A stretch of DNA of 64,000 nt from Nostoc sp. (GTDB lineage Bacteria > Cyanobacteriota > Cyanobacteriia > Cyanobacteriales > Nostocaceae): assembly GCA_036918135.1 (NCBI GenBank), contig JBALDB010000007.1, positions 96,001 to 160,000 of the forward strand. Reading direction: 5' to 3'. Position 1 is the first letter of the stretch. Every line of letters begins with the position of its first letter. The position numbers were made by a program, and so were the translations under genes. The notes beneath the pieces are model-generated. The model saw only the letters and a list, made by a program, of their open reading frames with translations, did no database searches and had not been told where the DNA came from. This document shows positions 52,092-61,627 of the stretch, one piece after another.

Positions 52092-52946
52092 ATGGAAATT
52101 CAAGTCGTAGGCGTCATTGGTGCAGGTGTTATGGGGATAGGAGTATCACAAAGCCTAGCCCAAACTGGTCATAATGTAATTCTTTTAGATATTTCTGACA
52201 AAATTTTAGAACATGCAAAACAGGAAATAAAAAATAATCTTCGTTTCCAACAGCTTTTTACAAAAAATAAGCAAGTAAACCAACCAGACGATATTTTAAA
52301 TAAAATTACGTTTTCTACAGATTATCAATTACTTGAAAAAGCAGAGTTTGTTATAGAAAATGCTACAGAAAAGTGGCAAATTAAAAAGAATATATACGAA
52401 AAAATAGATTTAATTTGTCCGCCAGAAACCGTTTTTGCTGCTAATACATCTGCTATACCCATTACTCGCATTGCTTCAGTAACAAAGCGTGCTTCTAAAG
52501 TTATTGGGATGCATTTTATGAATCCCGTACCAATGAAGCCTGCGGTTGAAACTATTCGTGGTTATCACACCAGTAATGAGACTATTGAAATAGCTAAAAA
52601 ATTATTAGCTCAGATGGAAAAAGAATGTATTTTGGTCAATGACTCTCCAGGCTTTGTATCGAATCGCGTCTTGATGTTAACCATTAATGAAGCTATTTTT
52701 ATTTTACAAGAACAAGTAGCATCAGTGGAAGAAGTAGATAAAATTTTTAAAACTTGTTTTGGACATAAAATGGGCCCGTTAGAAACTGCTGACTTGATAG
52801 GATTAGATACGATTCTTTTCTCTATCGAAGTTCTGTATGAAAGTTTCAATGATAGTAAGTATCGACCATGTTCTTTACTTAAGAAAATGGTTGACGCTGG
52901 ATTACATGGACGCAAAAGTGGACAAGGTTTTTATACATACAATTAA
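52092..52946 (+). CDS. 3-hydroxyacyl-CoA dehydrogenase-like glyceryl-ACP dehydrogenase (FkbK/ZmaG-like)
   Basis: GVIGAGVMG, ANTS, GMHFMNP, PGFVSNR, MGPLETADLIGLD and GRKSGQGFY; position next to the ACP, ACAD and FkbH genes. Confidence 0.9.
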   Translation: MEIQVVGVIGAGVMGIGVSQSLAQTGHNVILLDISDKILEHAKQEIKNNLRFQQLFTKNKQVNQPDDILNKITFSTDYQLLEKAEFVIENATEKWQIKKNIYEKIDLICPPETVFAANTSAIPITRIASVTKRASKVIGMHFMNPVPMKPAVETIRGYHTSNETIEIAKKLLAQMEKECILVNDSPGFVSNRVLMLTINEAIFILQEQVASVEEVDKIFKTCFGHKMGPLETADLIGLDTILFSIEVLYESFNDSKYRPCSLLKKMVDAGLHGRKSGQGFYTYN

Positions 52947-52985
52947 AAAATTTAAAATTTCATTAGTGTTTTCAGGAGGTTGACA

Positions 52986-53237
52986 ATGAAAGAAGCGAAA
53001 ACCAAAATCAAAAATTTTCTAACTCAGTCTTTTGGTCATCATGAATTCCAAGAAGACGAAGATATATTTTCTCTAGGGTTTGTGAATTCAATGTTTGCTA
53101 TGCAGCTAGTTCTATTTTTAGAGAAAGAGTTTCAAATAACGATTGAAAATGAAGACCTGGAATTTGAAAATTTCAGAAGTATAAATGCCATGAGCAGCTT
53201 TCTAGAAAAAAAGCTGGCTATTTCTGCACAAAATTGA
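52986..53237 (+). CDS. Stand-alone ACP for a glycerate-derived extender (FkbJ/ZmaD-like)
   Basis: LGFVNSMFAMQLVLFLEKEF with the NS variant of the Ppant site; AGGAGG at 52974-52979 before ATG 52986. Confidence 0.9.
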   Translation: MKEAKTKIKNFLTQSFGHHEFQEDEDIFSLGFVNSMFAMQLVLFLEKEFQITIENEDLEFENFRSINAMSSFLEKKLAISAQN

Positions 53238-53271
53238 AGCAAAAATATTTGTTAACACTAAAGTGACAGGA

Positions 53272-54426
53272 ATGCAAATAGAATTAACTCCTCAGCAAAA
53301 AGAGGCTAAAGCTAAATTCCAAGCCTTCACAGATGAAGAGATTGTCCCTTATGCAGATAGGGCTGACCGAGAAGAACGGACTTCGAGAGAACTGATTCAA
53401 AGAATAGCTCAACAAGGTTATCTAGGTGCAATTGTGCCTCAAGAAAGAGGCGGCAGTAGTATGGATATGATAACTTACGGCCTGCTTAATGAAGAAATCG
53501 GACGGGGATGTTCTTCAGTACGAAGCTTGCTTACAGTTCACTCTATGGTTGCTCATGCCATCCTCAAGTGGGGCAGCAAGTTTCAAAAAGAGCATTGGAT
53601 TCCTAAAATGGCATCTGGTGAAGCGATCGCTGCTTTTGGTTTAAGCGAACCTAATGTAGGCAGTGATGCTAAAAAAGTGGAAACGACAGCAACAGTTTCT
53701 CAAGAGTTTTATGTTTTAAATGGGCAAAAGAAGTGGATTACCTATGGACAAATTGCTGATATTTTTTTGATATTTGCTCAGTGTGAAGGTAAACCCACTG
53801 CTTTTTTAGTTGAAAAAAACACACCAGGGCTTTTGGTTAAACCAATTTTTGGCATGTTGGGTACTAGAGCCTCTATGTTAGCAGAATTGCATTTAAATAA
53901 TTGTCGAGTTCCACGAGAAAACCTTGTATGTAAAGAGGGTTTTGGTTTTTCTCATGTAGCATCTTCTGCCTTAGATTCTGGCAGGTACAGTGTAGCTTGG
54001 GGCTGTATAGGTATTGCTCAAGCTTGTCTTGAAGCCTGCATCCAGTATACAAGCCAAAGGAAGCAGTTTGATGTTTATTTGAAAGACCATCAATTAATTC
54101 GACAAATGGTGACTGAGGCGATCGTTAATGTGAAAGCAGCGAGACTATTGTGTTACCAAGCAGGCTATTTAAAAGACATTGGCGATCCTAAATCGATTAT
54201 GGAAACCTCAATTGCTAAGTATTTTGCTTCTACAACCGCGACTAAAGTAGCAAGCGATGCTGTACAGATTCATGGTGGTCATGGTTGTAGTAGTGAATCC
54301 TCTGTTCAGAGGTATTTTCGAGACGCCAAAATCATGGAAATTATTGAAGGGAGTACTCAGATTCAACAGATTACCATTGCTGAGTATGGTTATCAACAAT
54401 ATATGTTTTCACCTACTCGGACTTAG
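53272..54426 (+). CDS. Acyl-CoA dehydrogenase-like acyl-ACP dehydrogenase (FkbI/ZmaE-like)
   Basis: FGLSEPNVGSD, LNGQKKWIT, RKQF, VQIHGGHG and EIIEGSTQIQ. Confidence 0.9.
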   Translation: MQIELTPQQKEAKAKFQAFTDEEIVPYADRADREERTSRELIQRIAQQGYLGAIVPQERGGSSMDMITYGLLNEEIGRGCSSVRSLLTVHSMVAHAILKWGSKFQKEHWIPKMASGEAIAAFGLSEPNVGSDAKKVETTATVSQEFYVLNGQKKWITYGQIADIFLIFAQCEGKPTAFLVEKNTPGLLVKPIFGMLGTRASMLAELHLNNCRVPRENLVCKEGFGFSHVASSALDSGRYSVAWGCIGIAQACLEACIQYTSQRKQFDVYLKDHQLIRQMVTEAIVNVKAARLLCYQAGYLKDIGDPKSIMETSIAKYFASTTATKVASDAVQIHGGHGCSSESSVQRYFRDAKIMEIIEGSTQIQQITIAEYGYQQYMFSPTRT

Positions 54427-54447
54427 TGTTTAAATTAGTAACAATAA

Positions 54448-55527
54448 TTGAAAAAGATGATTAATTTAAGTGCTGAGCAAGCCAAAGATAAACAAGAATT
54501 AAAAAAAACTATTAAGTGTGTTGTTTGGGATCTTGATAACACCCTATGGCATGGTGTCTTACTAGAAGATGAGCAAGTTTTCTTAGATAATAATGTTATC
54601 GAGATAATCAAAACTTTAGATAATCGAGGAATCTTACAATCTGTAGCTAGTAGAAACGAATATAACAAAGCAATGTTGAAGCTAGAAGAGTTGGGATTAC
54701 ATGAGTATTTTATATATTCTCAAATTAATTGGAATTCAAAATCTGACTCTATTCAAAAAATCGCTAAATCAATCAATATTGGAATGGATGTAATAGCTTT
54801 TATTGATGACCAACTATTTGAGTTAGAAGAGGTCAATTTTTCACTACCTGACGTTCTCTGCATCAATACAGCTAACCTCGAACAGTTACTAGATATGCCA
54901 CAAATGAATCCTCGTTTTATTACAAAGGATTCTCAGAATAGAAGACTTATGTACCTCAGTGATATAAAACGCAATCGGGTAGAAGAAGAATTTATTGGTT
55001 CTAAAGAAGAGTTTTTAGCTACTTTAAAGATGTGCTTTACCATCTCTTCTGCTAAAGAGGAGGATTTACAACGAGCCGAAGAATTAACAGTACGCACAAA
55101 CCAATTAAATACAACTGGCTATACATACTCTTACGAAGAACTCAACCATTTTTGTCACTCAAATAAGCATAAGCTACTAATTGCTAGTTTGGATGATAAG
55201 TATGGAAGTTATGGAAAAGTTGGATTAGCTCTTATTGAATGTCAAGATACTATCTGGACAATAAAACTCTTGCTGATGTCCTGCCGCGTTATGTCTAGAG
55301 GCGTAGGTACGATTATGCTCAATCATATTATTCGTATAGCAAATAATCAAAATGTTAAATTGTGTGCTGAGTTTATCTCAAATGATAGAAATCGGATGAT
55401 GTATATCACTTATAAATTTGCCGGATTTAAAGAACTTAATACTCAAAATAATCTGCTTATTTTTGATGATAACTTCAAGCATATATATTCTTTTCCTGAT
55501 TATATAAATATACAAATAATAAGTTAA
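54448..55527 (+). CDS. fkbH: FkbH-like glyceryl transferase/phosphatase (HAD-IIIC)
   Basis: KCVVWDLDNTLW, FIDD, RTNQLN and LLMSCRVMSRGVG. Confidence 0.93.
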   Translation: MKKMINLSAEQAKDKQELKKTIKCVVWDLDNTLWHGVLLEDEQVFLDNNVIEIIKTLDNRGILQSVASRNEYNKAMLKLEELGLHEYFIYSQINWNSKSDSIQKIAKSINIGMDVIAFIDDQLFELEEVNFSLPDVLCINTANLEQLLDMPQMNPRFITKDSQNRRLMYLSDIKRNRVEEEFIGSKEEFLATLKMCFTISSAKEEDLQRAEELTVRTNQLNTTGYTYSYEELNHFCHSNKHKLLIASLDDKYGSYGKVGLALIECQDTIWTIKLLLMSCRVMSRGVGTIMLNHIIRIANNQNVKLCAEFISNDRNRMMYITYKFAGFKELNTQNNLLIFDDNFKHIYSFPDYINIQIIS

Positions 55528-55551
55528 TTTAAACATTATAAAGAGGTAATA

Positions 55552-58206
55552 ATGAACAGTTCTTTAATTTTTAATAGCAACAAACCATCAAATTCTTCTA
55601 CACCGTGGCATTTGCTGGTGCTGTCTGGGAAAACAGAATCAGGCTTAGAGACAGCAACTGATAATCTAGCTGAGTTTTTAAACCAAAATTTGGAAATTAA
55701 CCTTAGTGATTTAGCTTATACTCTCCAAGTTGATTGTCAAGGATTTAATTACCGTCGGATACTAGTGTGTTGCGATCGCCAAGATGCAGCGTGCACGCTA
55801 GCAACCAGAGACCCCAAACGTGTTTTTACCAGCAGCATCCCAGAAACTAACAATCAATCTGTAGTTTTCATGTTTCCTGGTTTAGGAGAGCAATATGTCA
55901 ACATGGCTTTACAGCTTTATCAGTTTGAGCCAAATTTTCGCAAACATATAGCTTGTTGCTCAGAACTCCTCAAACCTCATTTAGGTTTTGACTTGCGAGA
56001 TGTACTTTATCCTAATAAAGAAGCCAAGCTTGAGCAAACAAACAATCTAGCTTCAGTAATGTCTTCCCAGAAGCTAGATTTACGAAGGATGCTGCAACGC
56101 GATTCGACTCCAGTAGATGTTAATGCTGAAAAACTAAATCAAACCTATATTGCTCAACCAGGCTTGTTTGTCATTGAGTATGCGCTAGCCCAGATGTGGA
56201 TGGGATGGGGAATACAACCTCAAGCGCTCATTGGTTACAGCATTGGTGAGTATGTGGCGGCTTGTATAGCCGGGGTTTTATCTCTGGAGGAGGCTTTAAC
56301 TTTAGTTGCTAAAAGAGGTCAACTCATTCAACAATTACCCAATGGGGCAATGTTGGCTGTCTCTCTTTCAGAAATGGAACTACAGCCAATGCTTGCAAAG
56401 AATCTTAGCCTGTCTGCCATTAATGGGCCTGAGCTATGTGTGGTCGCAGGTTCTATAGAGTCTGTAGCCCAATTAGAGCAGCAATTGCTGACAACTGAAG
56501 TTGGCTGTCGGAAATTGCAGACTACCCATGCTTTTCATTCATCAATGATGGAGGCGATCGTAGAGCCGTTCATCGAACTTGTTAAAACCTTTGACCTGAA
56601 AGCTCCAAAAATTCCATACATATCTAATGTTACAGGAACCTGGATAACAGCAGAAGAAGCAACAGATCCAAGCTATTGGAGTAGACATTTATGCCAAACC
56701 GTGCGTTTTGCTGATGGGATTGAAACATTGTGGCAAGTGCTGCATCAAATTTTGTTAGAGGTAGGGCCAGGTCAAACTCTGGGTAGTATGGCCTTGCAAC
56801 ACCCGGCTAGCACAAATGTGTCTGAACGGTTAGTACTCTCCTCGTTACCAAATTTCTATAACCAACAATCGGATCTAGCTTTCTCGCTTAACACACTCGC
56901 TCAACTTTGGCTGGCAGGAGTATCAGTGAATTGGTCTATTTATGCAGATCGGCATTGTTGTAAACTTCATTTGCCCACCTATTCTTTTGACGAGCAATCA
57001 GAAAATAATCAAGATTCAATTACAAATGTTTTACCATTTCAACAAGAATCAAATCAAATAGCACAACAACGCCAGCGATTGAATTTACAAAATAGCTATG
57101 TTGCTCCTAAATATGACACTGAGCAAAAGATTGCTGATATTTGGCAAAAAATTTTCAAGATTGAGCAAGTGGGTATTGATGATAATTTTTTCAGTCTAGG
57201 AGGTCACTCTTTAGTGGCTATCAAAATTATTTCTCAGTTAAGTAAAGTTTTTCAAATTAAATTGCCTTTGAGTGTTATATTCACAAATCCAACTATAGCC
57301 GAATTAGCATTAATTATTGAAGAACAAATTCTACCAAAGACAGAAACTATAAATCAAGAGAATGTAGGACGTTTAACACCGACTATCTCTGATGTAGAAA
57401 TTACACATAAATCTATTAATTTGCTTCACTATAAATTGCCAAATAGCAGGAAAATTATACATCAAAATAAAGCTGAGACAGACCACTTCTATGAAGATAT
57501 TTTTGAACATAAAGTGTATGCTAAACACGGTATTCAGCTTCACCAAGGAGCTTGTATATTTGATGTAGGAGCTAACATAGGTCTTTTTACACTTTTTGTT
57601 GACCAAGAATGTAGTCAAGCTACAATTTATGCTTTTGAACCTTCTCCTCCTACATTTGAAATCTTGAAAACTAATACATCTTTATGTCAGGCTAAAGTTA
57701 AGCTATTTAATTGTGGTTTAAGTAATAGAACAACGAAAGAAAATTTTACTTTTTATCCTAATAGTTCTGGAATGTCATCTTTTTATGGAGATAAACAAGA
57801 AGAAAAAGCAGTATTAAAAACAATTATGCTTAACCAAAATAAAACAGGAATGACTGAGATGGAGCAAGTCATGGAATATTCCGAAGAATTGTTAGAAGAA
57901 AGATTTAAGAATCAAACTTTTGAATGTCAACTAAATACTCTTTCTGAAATTATCCGAGAAGAAAATATTGCACATATAGATTTGCTGAAAATAGATGTGC
58001 AGAAAAGTGAGTTAGATGTTCTTCTAGGAATCAATCAAGATGACTGGAAAAAAATTAAACAAATTGTGCTTGAAGTACATAATGAAGCCGAACGATTGTC
58101 TCAGGTGACTGCTTTACTGCAACAACATGGTTATAGCGTCTTGGTAGAGCAAGACAACCTTTACAAAGGTACTAACATATATAATCTGTATGCTATTCAG
58201 CATTAA
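55552..58206 (+). CDS. KS-less AT(GYS type)-ACP-FkbM-family methyltransferase
   Basis: Starts at a KS-AT linker (PWHLLVLSGK); AT GYSIG/HAFH; ACP GGHS; FkbM motifs FDVGANIGLF, YAFEP and IDLLKIDVQKSE. Confidence 0.92.
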   Translation: MNSSLIFNSNKPSNSSTPWHLLVLSGKTESGLETATDNLAEFLNQNLEINLSDLAYTLQVDCQGFNYRRILVCCDRQDAACTLATRDPKRVFTSSIPETNNQSVVFMFPGLGEQYVNMALQLYQFEPNFRKHIACCSELLKPHLGFDLRDVLYPNKEAKLEQTNNLASVMSSQKLDLRRMLQRDSTPVDVNAEKLNQTYIAQPGLFVIEYALAQMWMGWGIQPQALIGYSIGEYVAACIAGVLSLEEALTLVAKRGQLIQQLPNGAMLAVSLSEMELQPMLAKNLSLSAINGPELCVVAGSIESVAQLEQQLLTTEVGCRKLQTTHAFHSSMMEAIVEPFIELVKTFDLKAPKIPYISNVTGTWITAEEATDPSYWSRHLCQTVRFADGIETLWQVLHQILLEVGPGQTLGSMALQHPASTNVSERLVLSSLPNFYNQQSDLAFSLNTLAQLWLAGVSVNWSIYADRHCCKLHLPTYSFDEQSENNQDSITNVLPFQQESNQIAQQRQRLNLQNSYVAPKYDTEQKIADIWQKIFKIEQVGIDDNFFSLGGHSLVAIKIISQLSKVFQIKLPLSVIFTNPTIAELALIIEEQILPKTETINQENVGRLTPTISDVEITHKSINLLHYKLPNSRKIIHQNKAETDHFYEDIFEHKVYAKHGIQLHQGACIFDVGANIGLFTLFVDQECSQATIYAFEPSPPTFEILKTNTSLCQAKVKLFNCGLSNRTTKENFTFYPNSSGMSSFYGDKQEEKAVLKTIMLNQNKTGMTEMEQVMEYSEELLEERFKNQTFECQLNTLSEIIREENIAHIDLLKIDVQKSELDVLLGINQDDWKKIKQIVLEVHNEAERLSQVTALLQQHGYSVLVEQDNLYKGTNIYNLYAIQH

Positions 58207-58267
58207 GAAAGTCATGAATAAATAATCAATATATTTACCTTTTTTGTAAAACTCTAGCTAGATTCAA

Positions 58268-59527
58268 ATGAAAAAAACTTTAGAATATAGACCTTGGCAT
58301 CTATTAGTACTTTCGGCAGAAACAAGCTCTACTTTAGAAACTATGACAGCAAATCTGATTGAGCGCTTAAAACAATCAACTAATCGGAATCTTGCTGATA
58401 TCGCTTACTCCTATCAATATCAAAAAGCTTTTAAGCATCGCCGGATGCTTGTTTGCGATACCATTGATAATGCTGTGACTGCCCTAGAAACACTCGATTC
58501 CAAAAAAGTTTTTACACGCTTCCAAGAGTCCGAAAATCGGCCTGTTGTGTTTATGTTTCCAGGGCAGGGAGCGCAGTATGTAAATATGGGCTTGGAACTT
58601 TACCAAACTGAGAAGACGTTTAGAGAACAAGTCGATATCTGCTCGCAATTTTTAAAGCCTCACTTAGACCTTGACATTCGCAACATAATATATCCAGATG
58701 AAACACAAATAAACATTGCCACGCAGCAACTTCAACAAACATTAATTGCACAATCAGCGCTCTTTGCGATCGAGTATGCTTTAGCTAAGTTGTGGTCAGA
58801 GTGGGGCGTGCGTCCCCAAGCAATGATAGGTCATAGCATTGGCGAATACGTTGCAGCGTGTCTGGCTGGCGTTTTCTCCCTGGAAGATGCATTAAATTTG
58901 GTGGCGGCGCGTGGACGACTTATGCAGGAACTACCCGGTGGTGCCATGCTTGCGGTTGAGCTTTCAGAGAAGGAAGTTCTGCCACTTTTAGGCAAGACTC
59001 TTTCCCTAGCTGCAATTAACGAACCAAACCTTTGCATTGTTTCAGGTTCCACAAAAGTTTTAGAGGAATTAAATGACCGACTAAGCGAGAAGGATGTGAT
59101 TTGTCTTTTTTTAGAAGCTTCCCATGCTCCTCACTCACAAGAAATGGATTCTATAATAGAGCCATTTAAATCTTATTTAGAAAAAATAACTCTTAGACCA
59201 CCTCAAATACCATATATTTCTAACGTCACCGGGACTTGGATTACAACGGAGCAAGCAACAGACCCGAACTATTGGGCTAAACATATGCGCCAAACTGTGC
59301 GCTTTTCAGAAGGTTTGGAAGAACTCTTTAAAAAACCAGAGCGGATATTGCTGCAAGTAGGCCCGGGGCGGACGCTGAGTGCTATGGCAGTGCAGCATCC
59401 AGAGCGTGCTACTGGACAAATCGTGCTTTCTTCGTTAAGCCACCCGTATGAAGAAGAATCAGATGTTGGATTCATACTTAACATCTTAGGTCAGCTCTGT
59501 CTTGAAGGAGTAAGTAGAATATTTTAA
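58268..59527 (+). CDS. Stand-alone acyltransferase (PKS AT domain only)
   Basis: Starts at a KS-AT linker; FPGQGAQY, GHSIG and conserved Arg (AARG); HAPH in place of HAFH; ends before the LPTYPF post-AT linker. Confidence 0.9.
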   Translation: MKKTLEYRPWHLLVLSAETSSTLETMTANLIERLKQSTNRNLADIAYSYQYQKAFKHRRMLVCDTIDNAVTALETLDSKKVFTRFQESENRPVVFMFPGQGAQYVNMGLELYQTEKTFREQVDICSQFLKPHLDLDIRNIIYPDETQINIATQQLQQTLIAQSALFAIEYALAKLWSEWGVRPQAMIGHSIGEYVAACLAGVFSLEDALNLVAARGRLMQELPGGAMLAVELSEKEVLPLLGKTLSLAAINEPNLCIVSGSTKVLEELNDRLSEKDVICLFLEASHAPHSQEMDSIIEPFKSYLEKITLRPPQIPYISNVTGTWITTEQATDPNYWAKHMRQTVRFSEGLEELFKKPERILLQVGPGRTLSAMAVQHPERATGQIVLSSLSHPYEEESDVGFILNILGQLCLEGVSRIF

Positions 59528-59576
59528 AACTCAAAGCTAGTAACGAATTATGCCAGTCATCTGAGCATAATACAGA

Positions 59577-61433
59577 TCATGGGAATATAGATTGATATTG
59601 CAGCGAGAAATAAAATCCATTATCTTGCAGCGAGTCTCCCCGATCGCTCACTCCAACTAATGGAATACCGTAATCTAAACCCACATCCAAACCACGGGTA
59701 ACTTGCCATTCTACTCCCAAACCCACGCCTGCAATCAAATTCGGATCTGGATCGGCATCACGGTTATTCCACCCACCGCCAATATCAAAAAATGATTTAA
59801 TTTGTAGGGTTCTGGGATTAGCAGTGACAGGAACGCGGAGTTCGACAGAACTGGCAACACCGTTGTCAGATACCAGTTGGTTTTGGCGATAGCCCCTAAC
59901 TGTGTCTACACCACCAATACTAAACCTCTCCAATGATAAAAGAGAATCTGGAGTTAACTGGGTGTTGATGCGAGTTAGCAGTAAGACTCTCGGAGATAAC
60001 TGTTGCACCCACTGAAACTGTCCTAGCCAGGAAAAGAAGCGTCCATCAGTGCCTATGTCATTAACGGTTGCATCAAAAGCATTAATGCCGAAGTTGAATT
60101 GCGATCGCCCTGCTAGTACTCGTGTTCTACTCCGATTTACCCAGTCTTGGTAAAATCGAATAACAGTAACTCTGGATTTACCGTCTTCGGGTCCTTCTGA
60201 AAAGGAAAAGGGAATCACATCTTGGAGGAAGGTTTGGCTGCGACGTACATCCAACGCTACACCAACAGCAAACTCAGTTTGAGGAGATTGGACTAAAGGT
60301 TGGCGCAAACCTAGAGAAAAAGTTTCTGATTCGCTGCGAATACCTAAATCTTGGAAAGGTTCTTCGACAATATTACTGTCGTAGTTGCTGTAGCTGAAAT
60401 TGAGAGTGCCGTTGCGTGGAAGAAGCGGTAAGGTATAACTGAAATTGTAGAGGTTGAGTCCTTCAGTACGTCCGTATTCAGCACTAAGGCGATCGCCAAA
60501 GCCCAATAAGTTATTGTGAGTAGCAAAGATACTACCCCCAATTGAACCGACGCTAGGAGATTGGTTGTTAGCAATGATAATGCCTGTATAAAATGCAGGA
60601 GCTTCTTGCAAGTCTACTCGTAAGATATTGCGACCAGAAGTACTGCCTGCAACTAACTCAGCATTGATCCGCTCTAGAAGTGGGTCAAGCTGCAACAGTT
60701 GCAGTCCTTCTTCTAAGCGTTGAAGCTTTAAAGGAGACTTTGTGGCATTGCCTAGACGACGCAGTACGTATCTTTTTTGCAAGCGAGTTAACCCATTTAT
60801 TTCTATTCGTTCTAGTTCTCCCTCTACAACTTGAATTCGGACAATGCCGCTGTCAAGAGCTTGGTTGTTGGGCAGAAATGCACCGGAAGTGACGTAACCG
60901 TTTTTGAAGTAAAGTTCTGTGATGCCAGAGCGCAAAGAAATTAAGTCTTCAAAAGTAACTTGCCGATTTTCATATTTTTTGATTAGCTGATTAATTTCGT
61001 CTTTAAGAACCGTATTGCCCAAGACTTCGATTTTTTTAACGTAAAAGCTGATGTTTGTCGGAGAAAGAGGTGGAGTGGGTTGAGGAGTGGGAGATATTTG
61101 GAGATTAGGTGGTGCTGGCGATTGACTTGGAGTAGAGGGAATAGGTACAAGAGGTTCAACTGGTTTGGGAATAGTCTCTTCAATACGTTCTCGTATAGTT
61201 GGGGGAATGGTGACTCCAGAGGGGGGAGACGATTGTGCGATTAAAAAGTCAGGATTTGGAGAAACAATTGTCGAAATTTGCGAGTTGAAAGTGTGGTTAA
61301 GCAAGAGATCGCTGCTTAGGGCAAAGTTTTTATTAGAAGTGGCGATCGCTCCCATACATCCCAACAAGCATGCTACACTCAATTGTTTAATGCATACTGT
61401 AAAGCAAAATTGTAAGTATTCACTCCAGCACAC
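59577..61433 (-). CDS. ShlB/FhaC/HecB family outer-membrane transporter (POTRA + beta-barrel)
   Basis: Pro-rich linker, IEVLGNTV...LYFKNGYVTSGAFLP...IQVVEG POTRA domain, FSIGGVDTVRGY and C-terminal aromatic strand. Start codon uncertain. Confidence 0.9.
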   Translation of the reverse strand: MCWSEYLQFCFTVCIKQLSVACLLGCMGAIATSNKNFALSSDLLLNHTFNSQISTIVSPNPDFLIAQSSPPSGVTIPPTIRERIEETIPKPVEPLVPIPSTPSQSPAPPNLQISPTPQPTPPLSPTNISFYVKKIEVLGNTVLKDEINQLIKKYENRQVTFEDLISLRSGITELYFKNGYVTSGAFLPNNQALDSGIVRIQVVEGELERIEINGLTRLQKRYVLRRLGNATKSPLKLQRLEEGLQLLQLDPLLERINAELVAGSTSGRNILRVDLQEAPAFYTGIIIANNQSPSVGSIGGSIFATHNNLLGFGDRLSAEYGRTEGLNLYNFSYTLPLLPRNGTLNFSYSNYDSNIVEEPFQDLGIRSESETFSLGLRQPLVQSPQTEFAVGVALDVRRSQTFLQDVIPFSFSEGPEDGKSRVTVIRFYQDWVNRSRTRVLAGRSQFNFGINAFDATVNDIGTDGRFFSWLGQFQWVQQLSPRVLLLTRINTQLTPDSLLSLERFSIGGVDTVRGYRQNQLVSDNGVASSVELRVPVTANPRTLQIKSFFDIGGGWNNRDADPDPNLIAGVGLGVEWQVTRGLDVGLDYGIPLVGVSDRGDSLQDNGFYFSLQYQSIFP

Positions 61434-61627
61434 AATCTTAACCCCACGTTTTACAGTAGACCTGTTGCAAAATTATTTTATGGTAATATGAAGGGTTTTT
61501 AACCTTGTATCAACCCACTTACGAAGTACGAATGAACAAAACGACTGTCAAATCGAGAGTTCAAACGTTTGGTTGGGGACTGACAAATAAAACAATAACC
61601 GATCGTTGTGTAAGCAGGGGGCAAGGT

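Noticed and set aside
52092..55527. Fatty-acid beta-oxidation or aminomalonyl-ACP genes
   Set aside because: The dehydrogenases flank an ACP and FkbH, which points to a glycerate-derived extender. There is no stand-alone Ser-activating A domain, which aminomalonyl-ACP requires.
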